64,000 nucleotides of DNA from Eledone cirrhosa (Eukaryota): positions 193,812,001 through 193,876,000 of the forward strand of contig OZ024742.1 in the NCBI GenBank assembly GCA_964016885.1. Reading direction: 5' to 3'. Positions within the stretch are counted from its first letter, which is position 1. Every line of letters starts with the position of its first letter. Both the position numbers and the translations under genes were made by a program. The notes below the pieces were generated by a model that saw only the letters and a program-made list of their open reading frames with translations, was not told the origin of the DNA and did no database searches. This document shows positions 14,380 to 25,699 of this stretch, one piece after another.

Positions 14380-15450
14380 GCTAAGGGATACATACATTTG
14401 CCTAAGGGCAATGACCCAGAAACTATATTGTTGTTTGTTTCTCTGTTACCGCTATATCAAAAGGAGGATGATGGTCATCTAAAAAAACATAGCGTAATGA
14501 GGCTGTTTGCTAAAACCCTAATCAAATATCATTATAATTTGATATAAAACTCACGATATCAGTGTTATTTTACATTCAATTTCTGCTGCATATCTAGCTA
14601 GAACTTTAAGGTACAGCGGTTATTTCATTGGCATAGCTAAAATTTGACTTTAGCTGGTGACCAATAGAGACACCTATATTGCGTTTCGCTTCTGTTTTCA
14701 AGATTATTATGTAATTTCAAATGAGTAAAGCCGAAAGGATTTCACCTTGTTTTAAAATTTTCAACATGTTAACATACCTGTAGATGTCTATGTCTGTTTT
14801 TATTGCAGCTTTAAAGGATTTATGTATCTCTCGTAAAGGCGTTTGCTGTCAAACTGTTTCCCAAAACTAAGGAATTTCAGTAAATGAAAAGCATTGGTGA
14901 AATTGATGAATGCTATATACACCGGGTTGTTAAATTCGATTGATTTTTCAATCATTTATTCCAAGGCAATTGCGTATTCAGCAGTATATCTCCTAGGTTG
15001 ATTTACTGCTTGAAGCGCATGAAAAGGGAGCAAATAGATTACTTAACTCGTGAGGCAATTATGTTAAGGGACAGTTTGTGAACATGACATATAAGACTGA
15101 TTAGATGGAAATTGCCACAATCCAGTCCGCTATCCTTTTTGAAAATAACTACTATAAGATCTCATACATCATTAACCAAGGTTTCTCTACCAGCTTTGAG
15201 ATATTCTGAATATATTTTATCTAACCCTGGATCCTTGCCCATTTTCATATTTTCATTACGTATTTCACTTCTAATTTAAGAATAGAAGAATGGTATCATA
15301 TCCTACATCATCAATAGAAGTTGCAGGAGTATAATCAAAGCAGAGCACTTCATTAAATTTTGACAAATTCTTTAAGATATCTTTACAGGCCGAAAAATTG
15401 TGTTCCTGGTCTTTTATGCCACAGCTTATATTCGTTGGTATTGCTTACCG
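14380..15450 (-). pseudogene. Decayed RTE-clade LINE RT fragment
   Basis: Minus-strand remnants MKMGKDPGLDKIYSEYLKAG, IFKKD..DCGNFHLISLICHVHKL, IEKSIEFNNPVYIAFINFTNAF, KQGEILS and a YADD-like SYANEI. Confidence 0.7.
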
Positions 15451-16249
15451 AGAAGCATAATACAGCTTGTCATGCGGTAGAATGTTAAAGAAATCGACAT
15501 GCTACTCTTTTTTGCTTTATCCAACTTTTATATTCAGCTATAGCTATGTAGTATTGCGTTCATGGTTTGATGTTGCTACTTTCTCCATTTTGATTTTGTA
15601 GAGGTGTTTTTTTAAAGCTGATTGGGCTTCCTATGACATAAAGTTAAGTAAGTGCTATCATTAGGGGCAATATATTTTACTCATGTATTTTTGTTATAAT
15701 GGTGTGTCACCTGTTTTGTATATCTGTACGAAACGAGAGTAAAAGCAAGGTATTCACCAGGCGTAATTCCAAACTACCAGCGAGAGTCTACAACGATACT
15801 CCGTAAACACACTCTACTGACATTTCACGTTAATTTTTATTAATAGACTTTTCGCCTCTTCCTCTTTTATTTACGTGGGATTGTCCAGGGTTTTCTCCCC
15901 ACAACAACTTTGAATTGCTGATGATATGGCTCGATATAGGTTTTCTAGTGCCAATTGATTTGAGAAACCAGAAAATCAGTTACTCGTTTCTAACTGGAAA
16001 GGCCTTTATATGTCTGTTGTTACTCACCTGTTTAAGGTTGAATTTAGGATTATGACCCTGACTCTTTCGTTTTTGGGCTGTGGGAAATTTATTCAGCTCT
16101 TTTCCCTAACTAATCTATGATACGATATTTCAAGTATGCTATAAATCATGCAGATCAAAACCTTTTTGACGAAACGTTATTTCCATACTTACATGTGCGT
16201 AGGTTTTAAATAGATAAATGTGTGTGTGTGTATGTGTGTGTGTGTGTGT

Positions 16250-16298
<49 letters not shown>

Positions 16299-16959
16299 TG
16301 TGTGTGTGTGTATGTGGGTGTGTGTGCGTGCGTGCGTGTATGTGTGTGTGTGACTGAACCTGACCTGGAAGACGAAGATCAGTGTAGTACACTATACATG
16401 CATTTTAAAAAGACAATTGATTAGAAGATAAAGGCTACTTAGATTATTTTCATGTTAATAATAAAAGAATACGTACTTTACAGTGGTTAAATTTATTCTG
16501 AGTTAACATAATTTTCCGAAATTCAGAACTTAAGAACACGCTTCTGAAAACATATTGTTTATATAAGTGAGAGAGAGAGAGAGCGAAAGTGAGAAAGATA
16601 GATAGTGATACAGAGAATGAGCGAGAAAGAAAGAGTAGTTGAGAGAAAGCGAGAGACGTTGTGAGAAAGCAAGAGAAGTTAAGAGAAATTGAGAGAAGTC
16701 GAGAGAAAGAGTGAGGGAAAGAATGAGAAAGAGAGAGAATGAGAATAACTACTGCACGCATGTTTTTAATCTTAGATCTAATGCGAAGAACCGCCTCACC
16801 GTGGGGATTGTCTTGTTACTAGGAAACCCACCACCTGATTGTTAATTCCTTTGTGCTATATATAAAAGATATCGCATTCTCCATCTTCCTTTCTTCATCG
16901 TCCCTCGGGTTTTATTTCTATATAATGAAAAATATATATGTATATATATATATATATAT

Positions 16960-17279
16960 ATGAGACACAAAAAACAAGATGGCGTAGGACAGAACAAAGG
17001 AGAGGCACAAAAACAAAGAAAATAACCCCCAGTCACTGAAGAGGTCACATAATGTGTGACGAAAGAACTTTGACAATATATAAACAACCATCTGGTTGTG
17101 GAACCAACCAACCAACCGGAAATTTATAAATTCCTAAATTTATAAATTTATTATAATAAATTGATGTGAAAGCAACTGGTGCGTGTGTTTCTTTTTGGCA
17201 ACATGAACCTCCCAGAGTATAACAATATCTGTTTCAACACACGTTTTCACAAGAATCTTGCTAAACAAATTCAGAAACG

Positions 17280-17281
<2 letters not shown>
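16960..17281 (+). mobile_element. Solo terminal repeat of a PLE related to the 1351-7495 family, ending in its own ORF start
   Basis: The tail encodes [26 protein letters not shown], compared with MTLPKYNNICFDTRF at 3362. It is flanked by (TA)n. Confidence 0.8.
17032..17074 (+). ncRNA. Minimal type I hammerhead ribozyme
   Basis: gtca-CTGAAGA-g-gtcaca(taatg)tgtgac-GAAA-gaac-TT-tgac; stems I and II pair perfectly. Confidence 0.82.
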
Positions 17282-17318
<37 letters not shown>

Positions 17319-17391
17319 CATGTGTTTATATATATATATATATATATAAATATATATATGTGTTTATATATATATATAAATATATATATAT

Positions 17392-17540
<149 letters not shown>

Positions 17541-17809
17541 TATATATATATATATATGTTTCCATTTTGATCTCTAAAGTCTATTGCAGATCAGTGTCTA
17601 TCGGCTATGCTGTTTATAGCATACCTAATATAACATTTAAATCATTAAGCGATATACCAATATATGTTTGTTCTATTATAATAACATACTTGTTTTAATT
17701 GATAACACTTTGTATATATTTCAAATTCATTATTTCCTACGTGCATTATTTTCGAAAAAGTGTGTTAGTGTTAGTTTCGGTTGATCTGCACTGAAATCTT
17801 GCTAAACAA

Positions 17810-17910
17810 TGACAACAGAAATGGCCCTTCCAGCGCGTCTCTCTCACCATCTTCCGAGGAAACAGCTTCGCTATACTGTTCGCCTTGTCCGCAGGCCGGC
17901 CAGCACGTAG
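17810..17910 (+). pseudogene. 3' fragment of a CRE-like non-LTR retrotransposon (RLE C-terminus)
   Basis: Encodes KWPFQRVSLTIFRGNSFAILFA, matching the QR.S..I.RGNA..IL terminal motif; a homolog lies at 31520-31720. Confidence 0.55.
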
Positions 17911-18224
17911 GCCTCCATTTGTTGATAGTAGTGAGCAATGGGGAGAGCAGGAGAGACGGAGGTAGTGACAGTGAGAGTTTGTTACTGCTGTGTTCGGACC
18001 TGGTGTATATGTATGTTTCTTATAGTTATCTATGTATGGACCCGTAACTCTTGTGGGAGTCGTAGGGGTGGCGTATTGACATACAGCGTTTCGGGAGAAT
18101 TTAAAGGCTGCTGCAGCTCATCTCTTTCCAGGCTTGAGTGCATTAGATCTTTTCCTGAGAAAGATAGTAATTGAGAGGGAAGGAACTAGAAAGCGATATA
18201 CAGGGAAAATCGAACGCAGTACTA

Positions 18225-18362
18225 GACTGGTACTTTTTTGTCGACCTCGAAAAGATGAAAGGTAAAGTTGACCTCGGTGGCATTTGAACTCGGAGAACAA
18301 AGAGCCAGAATTAATATTACAAAGCATTCTATCCGACGTTCTAACGAATCTCCCAATTCGCA
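18225..18362 (-). mobile_element. Diverged tRNA-derived SINE
   Basis: The reverse complement contains gagttcaaatgccaccgaggtcaactttacctttcatcttttcgaggtcgac...gtaccagt. Confidence 0.75.
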
Positions 18363-18815
18363 TATATACTTGTATAGATTAAGGTTGCCATCTGATTAAT
18401 TGAATTTGATAAATGAATAAAATAGAAGTTTATATTATTCTTGTGTGTGGCAAACTTGTTTCCCATATTTGCATTGATCAATAGACACATCCTTTTGCTA
18501 AGATATTCGGATGTGATTTAAGAGGACTTAACTTCTGTAAATAACACATCATGTGATAGAGTTCAGCATCATGGCGTTCTGAATCGTCAATAGCTAGCCC
18601 TTGGAAAACTCCCTGCTAAATTTTGGACCTCCGGGAGAAAATATTCATGCGTAAACACATGGTCATTTATCAAATCCCTGGTTATACAAAGAGTTAAGGA
18701 TACAGTTGAACACATATTTTAAATCCACTTAAGTTACAACATAGACTTTTTATAACTTCTGTAACAATAGCACACGCACTGATTCAGAAGGCGCGTGTGT
18801 GAGGGAAAGATAAAT

Positions 18816-18910
<95 letters not shown>

Positions 18911-18911
18911 G

Positions 18912-19617
18912 AGATTTGAATGGATACAGTTTAGTTGAAAGGAATTTATTGACACGTGTTTCTATAACAGTTACATAACCTGAACACAGCTGCTATCTAC
19001 AAAGTATTAGTTATGCAGACAATCAATATGTCAATGTTATTATTTACTGTCATTTCATCAGAATAATATTACTGAGGACCTGTTTGGTTTTTATAGAGAA
19101 TATTAGGAGAGAGGGGTGAAGTTGTTAGAAGAATAGTTGAGGGAGTGGTTTTTTGATAGCAGTGAGAATTGTTGGTGGCAGTGAGTAATTAGATTCCCAT
19201 CTGTTGTTTTGACATTTTTATAGAATATATTATTGGTTATTTTTCTAAATCTATAGATGGATTAGAGATAGTAAAGATATGCGTGATTGGTTTTGTGTTT
19301 GCACTTAAGTGACATTCAGACTTAAATTTTTTTCTTTCCAGTGTATCCTTTCACCCACGCATTCTCACACAAACATATTTGCACCCCTCTACAAAATACA
19401 TATACTCACATTCACATAGTAACATGTTCATACTTACATACATATACACATGCATACATATATATATACACACATGTATTCATGTACATACATACGCGTT
19501 CATGTGTGTACATTTTCATACTCAACTTATCTTTATATACACACGTATAGACACACACATATATACATACATACTCTAGTCTATGTGTATATATATACAT
19601 ATACATATATATCTATA

Positions 19618-19665
<48 letters not shown>

Positions 19666-21450
19666 CATTTTAATACATGAATACACTTACATCTAACTAT
19701 ACACATCAAACATATATATATATTTACTTATTTATATACATTTTCACATATATATACATACTTATGGTCGCTTTTAGACACATTCATTATCGCATTTTTG
19801 CACATATTCTCATCAGCATATCTTTCCATTATTAGTGTGGTAATTTGAGGTTATTAATATACATATATATGTTGAGAAGAAATTGTTTTTATATTTTTCT
19901 AACTAGATTGAGGTTTATATAGTTGGGGCGATGTCCCTCTTTTATGTAATATTCGGCTTGTAGTGGGAAAAAAGCGTTTTAGTTCGGTGACGGCAAAATA
20001 ATGTTCGTTCAATTCTGTTATTCAGAAATTTCTTCTTGTCTGTGATTATGTAATAAATCTCAAGATTACACAATTTGCGGGAAATTTTGGCTTCTGGAAA
20101 AGCTTTGGATTTTAGCTAATTTCTCCCATTTTAGGCTAAACATTTGATCGCTATCCCTGAGCGTCCAAGCTTTTTCTGCTAAAGTTGTTACATTTCTTTG
20201 GCTCTGGTGTTTTATTGAGTAAGAATGCCTATATAATCGAGATTTAAACGATGTTGCCGTTGATCCCACGTAATACCACTAGTTGCCTCCGGATTTAATG
20301 GTACATGGTACACTTATAAATAATATTTTTTTCCAGGCAGTTATTGCCGAGGGGGCAGTTGTCAGGATAGGTGCAGTTACAGTTGTGTACGTTGGGTTTT
20401 CTCTGGAGTAGTAATGCGGACGAACTTAGGTGTTGTTTATTTATGTTCTGTAGTGTATTGTCTACTGTTTTTTTTTGTGTTCTTTGTACTTAAGTTTATA
20501 GTGTTTTCGTTTAACCTTCTAGTATTGATCTTTTTTATGTGTTGTTCAAGGTTTAACGCTGTAGAGTATGACAGTCTTATAGTGGTAGGGTTTAGGGTTT
20601 TGTGGTATTTGTGTGATGTAGGAAAATGTCTCTTAATTATTTTAAAGAAGAGTACTGGTAAATTTGTACTAATGGAACTATTGTATTCGGGGTTATACCA
20701 TAAGTACTCTTTTCATCGCTTTCTATTAGTTTTGTTTGTTGGTTTACTGGTGTGCATACTATGGTAGTAAGTGTGGTTTGGTGTTGTGTTATTATATCTA
20801 CCTATGTGGGATTTATTTTGGGTGTTTTGATTGTTCCCATCTATATACTCTATTTTGTTGAGGTGGCCTGCTTTACTAAGGGCGTTATCGTAGTATTCGG
20901 CGTGTTCCTTAAATACTTGTATGTTAGAAGATAGACCCGAGATTCTAAGGGAAATATTTTTAGGGATAGATTTAATTATAGAGATGGGGTGGTTAGTCCA
21001 AGATTTAGAAAAATAAGCAATAATATATTCTATAAAAATGTCAAAACAACAGATGGGAATCTAATTACTCACTGCCACCAAAAATTCTCACTGCTATTAA
21101 AAAACCACTCCCTCAACTATTCTTCTAACAACTTCACCCCTCTCTCCTAATATTCTCTATAAAAACCAAACAGGTCCTCAGTAATATTATTCTGATGAAA
21201 TGACAGTAAATAATAACATTGAAATATTGATTGTCTGCATAACTAATACTTTGTAGATAGCAGCTGTTTTCAGGTTATGTAACTGTTATAGAAACACGTG
21301 TCAATAAATTCCTTTCAACTAAACTGTATCCATTCAAATCTTTCTATTTTTCTCCGGATTACTTTTGGAATTTCAACTGGAAACGTCGAGCAAACTCTAC
21401 GTGAGCTGTCAATCTACTGTGTGTAATATTTATATTACAACACAACGGAA
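18912..21450 (-). mobile_element. Decayed Naiad-type PLE: RT thumb plus GIY-YIG (~20920-19930), 3' UTR to 18912, and an inverted terminal copy at 21001-21450
   Basis: YYDNALSKAG, LWYNPEYN...KRHFP..HKY....TIRLSYS, CNC..CPL..CLEKNIIYKC and YVGSTATSFKSRLYRH. 18912-19251 is the reverse complement of 21001-21341. Confidence 0.85.
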
Positions 21451-21457
21451 AATACTG

Positions 21458-21495
<38 letters not shown>

Positions 21496-21522
21496 AAGAG
21501 AGGTTTTAAAAGCATATATATA

Positions 21523-21638
21523 TAATTGTTTCTACTTTTCGCACAAGGCCAGCAATTAACCAGTGCATTACTGGTACTTTATTTTATCGACCCCGTAAGA
21601 ATGAAAGGCAAAGTAAACCTCGGCGGGATTTGAACTCA
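21523..21638 (-). mobile_element. tRNA-derived SINE, 5'-truncated at the B box, with TSD
   Basis: SINE core; taaaagcatatata(ta)taat flanks both sides (21507-21526 and 21639-21656). Confidence 0.85.
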
Positions 21639-21844
21639 TAAAAGCATATATATAATAATTGATATCACCTGGTCTACGATTTGATGAAAATACTGCCATA
21701 TATATCACTTTAGAAATTGATTTCATCTTTTCTGTAATGGAAAATCTATATCTACTTTCACAATTAAAATAATACTCTTCCATATTTACATATGCCGTCA
21801 TTAAAAAAAATCCATTACATTACAATGAATTTATTTTACCTACT

Positions 21845-21905
<61 letters not shown>

Positions 21906-21924
21906 ATATTTTTTTTTTTTAGTA

Positions 21925-23426
21925 TATATTGGTTGTATACCAACACCTCAGTATGCAGATTGGACCACTCGCCGAAGTGCCCAGGTTGGTTTGGTTACTC
22001 CGGAGTAATGTAACATAAACTAAAATAAATAAGTCATATATTTAAAATTTAGCTTCGTTTATTACTGCTATATATAATTCGGTGACAGCCATCTTTGGCT
22101 GTGACCTCTTCAGGCAGTCCGAATTAGTGTGGTAGAGACGAGTACACATGTTGTTGAGGTGTTTAACTTTGTCAATACTCTGATATGCCCAGTTCCTGGT
22201 TGGGTTGTTATTTCACTGAGGAACTTGAATCATGTGAATTTAAACAAAAGGATTTCAGCGTCAGAGGACAACCTCTGCTTCCATTGGTCAGTTGTGAGAA
22301 CATTCCTCAGTCAAAAGTCTATATAGAAATTCGTTCTGAGGCGAGGTAATCTGTAGTGGTTGTTCTTGTTATTGTTAAGTACATCTGACCTCTACTCTTA
22401 TGTTGGTAGAAATGTTGGTGTTGGAGTCAGCTAAAGAAAATGATAAGATGGTATGAATAATATGGTAAGAGAATAAAATAAGATAATCAAATAAAATGTA
22501 TGTGTGATATAACCAATCTCAAAGTTAGAAAGATTTGTAAGATCCACGCCTCCCATTGGTCAGTTGTGAGAGCATTCCTCAGTCAGGGGTCTATAGAAAT
22601 CTATAGAAATTCTTTCTGGGGTGAGGCTATCTTTAGTGTTTGTTTTTGCTATTGTTATGTACATCTGGCCTCTACCCTAGGTCTTGCTGCTGATGATTTT
22701 AGAAGTATCTGTGTGTGCTTTGCATCCATTCTGTCACCATTTCTCGTGGTGGTGGTGGGGGGGGGGGGGGCAATCATATGAAGAAATAAAAAGCAATAAA
22801 GTGAAGAAAATAGAAAATGAATTAAGATAATATAAGCAAATAATTAAACAAAAAAATGATAAAATGGTAGAAGGAATAAGACGGTAGAAGAATAAAATAA
22901 GATAATCAAAGAAAGTGTGTGTGTGTTATAACCAATCTCAATGTTAGAAAGATTTGTAAGATCCACTCCTCCCATTGGTCAGTTGTGAGAGCATTCCTCG
23001 GTCAAAGTCTGTAGAAATTCTTTCTGGAGTGAGGCTATCTGTAGTGTTTGATTTTGCTATTGTTAAGTATATGTGACCTCTACTCTTATTTTGGTAGTGG
23101 TGTTGGTGCTGTGGTCAGCCTTGGTCTTGCTGCTGGTGATTTTATAAGTATCTGTGTGTGGTTGCCTTCATCCTTCCACCATTTTTCGTGGTGGTGGTGG
23201 GGGTGGGGGTGATTGTGCCATGCATATGAAGAAAAAGGCAATTGAATGAAGACAATAGAAAATAATTCAAAAATAAATGAAAAATAAGAAAATCAAGATT
23301 CAAATAAAATAAAATAAAATAAAATGTGTGTGTTATAACCAATCTCAAAGTTATAAAGATGTTGGCCGAATTAGAAAGGCTGTGTCAGAATCAATCTCTA
23401 GGCTATCATGGTGTCTGCTCAGCCTG

Positions 23427-23430
<4 letters not shown>
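21925..23430 (-). mobile_element. Probable PLE 3' end with internally triplicated UTR (units near 22275, 22548, 22968) and an HHR at 22064-22118
   Basis: Three copies of cccattggtcagttgtgagarcattcctc; minus-strand actgc-CTGAAGA-ggtcacagcca(aaga)tggctgtcacc-GAAT-tatata-TA-gcagt. Confidence 0.6.
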
Positions 23431-23501
<71 letters not shown>

Positions 23502-23764
23502 ATACATATCCATCTATCTATCTGTATATTTATATTAATCTAGCTGTCGTCTGTTCTACAGTGTGGATGTCATTCACTTCGCACAGAAGTTTTGTTCAAA
23601 TTTATTGAGGAAATTTTGAGTTCAAACTTAATTTTGATACAATTGTGTAGCTTGACCCTCCGTCTGAACTGTCAGGCGGTGGGTCAGCTCATCTTTACCC
23701 CTCCTAGAGGTGAAAAACCTGTTTTAAAAAACTTTGTGTAAAAAATTTCAATCGTCTAACAGAA

Positions 23765-25666
23765 ATGTTAAACGCAGCGAACGAAAATAGTGGTGGGGGG
23801 ACAGCGGTAAGAGTTGTAAGCTCGCACGCTTTAGTCCTCCCTTCCTTCCCAACTAACGTCATAGAGAAGGAAGGAAAAATGAAAATAAAAACGGACGAAT
23901 CTGCGGAGAAAAAATTAAATGACGAAAACATAAATCTGGACTTGGATTCCAACAACGAAAAAAAAAAATTTGAAAAATTGCATGACAATACTAATAACAC
24001 AAACAAAGACACAACAAACAAAAAAATAACAGTTGAAAATAACATCATATCAGAAAACAAAGCAGACGACAAGATTTCATTTGCACAGAAAACAAAGAAA
24101 TCTTTGACTTATATAGCGGAAAACATTTCAGATCTGGTACGAAGGATCACGGACGCAAAACAATACATAAGTGAAGGTGAGAATGGTATTTTATTGGTAA
24201 AAATGCCTCAAGAATTCACGAAAGACATTGAAAGCCGAACGGTCAAGTTTCGGACCATCAACAACAGTACAAAAAAACCTGAACAGCCTTCTCAAGCAGA
24301 TATCAAAACAGTACTCACAGAAGTACTGAATGAAACAACTTTCATAAGAAAAGACAGACTGTATGGAAGCCTAGCAATTATCATGAAGAACGAATCGGCG
24401 GCAAAAAAATGTGCTTTGTCACCGATTCGTTCGAAAGATTTCACCTTTTATCCATCTTATATGGGAAAAAAAACTCAACGCATATGGCTGGATGCAATGA
24501 TGCCAGATGTGGACTACTGCTGGCTCATAGCTGGCTTCATCAATCCAGTGAATGACAACGTGATTTCCATTGGGAAAACCACAGGCAATGCGTTCAGTGG
24601 AACAGGTATAGAGCTGGTAGTACAAATGAAGCCTGAACGCATCGCCCAAATACCCGACAGAATCCTATTAGAGGACCACGGGTATATAAACATTAGCGTG
24701 GAGGGGAGAAGGCCGTCCTGCCATATCTGTGCAGGCAGAGGGCACCTGAAGGCCGCTTGTCCCCAACTCAACAAAAAGAAAACCCTGCTACCAACACCAG
24801 CTCCACCACCACCACCACAACAGATAAACAAACAACAAAACTCAGTCCCACCCAACCCGTCCCTCAGTAACACCACAACACCACCACAACACAAACAGTC
24901 ACAACACATTACCCCAAAACAAAATACAGGCCCACCCAACCTCTCACTCAATAAAACAACACAACCACCGCAGACACAACACACAACACAGTCTAACATA
25001 GTGACATCCATCTCCCCCACAAAGAAAACCAACACGGAAACATTACCAGCAAACATACCTCTTCCCTCCAACACTGAAGATAACCCAACGAATTCGGAGG
25101 AAGAAACGGAGTCCTTCAGACAGATTAAAAGGAAAAAAAGAAAACATGTGCAAAACACACAAGGACAAACAACCCCCACCCAAATCGCAACACAATCTAA
25201 CAAAACAGAAAACACCCCTCCAGCAACAAACAAAACCAAATCTGCCCCTCCCCTCTTCGAAACACTCACACCATCGGAAAAAAAGACATTACACTATACT
25301 TACATCAACAGAAACAATAATAAATTAAATGAACTCATATACAATAATCCTTCGGTACAAACCGAAGGTGTAAACTTTGTTTCGTCAGAAAACCACCCAC
25401 ATTTAAAACTAATAAAAATCCCAATGAACCTCTACCAAAAACTAAAAAAGGATTTTAAGGAGGACGTAGGACCACCCTCTGTCAAACCCATAAACCGCGT
25501 CCTACTAAAAAGCTTTCCCCCTCCCCTTCCCCTCCCCAACACAACTCCAAACACCCCAACCCCACCACACACTGACGACCCCACACCACCACAAGACACC
25601 CCTTCACCCAACACCCCCGACCCCATGGAAGTCGTGCAACCCGAACCCCGGGAAGCGGAAAGGTAG
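23765..25666 (+). CDS. Tx1/L1 ORF1 (gag-like) with CCHC zinc knuckle and Pro/Thr-rich tail
   Basis: 633-aa open frame containing VEGRRPSCHICAGRGHLKAAC, lying just upstream of ORF2. Confidence 0.85.
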   Translation: MLNAANENSGGGTAVRVVSSHALVLPSFPTNVIEKEGKMKIKTDESAEKKLNDENINLDLDSNNEKKKFEKLHDNTNNTNKDTTNKKITVENNIISENKADDKISFAQKTKKSLTYIAENISDLVRRITDAKQYISEGENGILLVKMPQEFTKDIESRTVKFRTINNSTKKPEQPSQADIKTVLTEVLNETTFIRKDRLYGSLAIIMKNESAAKKCALSPIRSKDFTFYPSYMGKKTQRIWLDAMMPDVDYCWLIAGFINPVNDNVISIGKTTGNAFSGTGIELVVQMKPERIAQIPDRILLEDHGYINISVEGRRPSCHICAGRGHLKAACPQLNKKKTLLPTPAPPPPPQQINKQQNSVPPNPSLSNTTTPPQHKQSQHITPKQNTGPPNLSLNKTTQPPQTQHTTQSNIVTSISPTKKTNTETLPANIPLPSNTEDNPTNSEEETESFRQIKRKKRKHVQNTQGQTTPTQIATQSNKTENTPPATNKTKSAPPLFETLTPSEKKTLHYTYINRNNNKLNELIYNNPSVQTEGVNFVSSENHPHLKLIKIPMNLYQKLKKDFKEDVGPPSVKPINRVLLKSFPPPLPLPNTTPNTPTPPHTDDPTPPQDTPSPNTPDPMEVVQPEPREAER

Positions 25667-25699
25667 GTCTCTACACTCTCCTTTGGCTCTGCCGCCCAC

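Noticed and set aside
21192-21250. CTGATGA-aatg...catt-GAAA as a hammerhead
   Set aside because: There is no convincing stem I or NUH register, and the mirror arm has GACA in place of GAAA.
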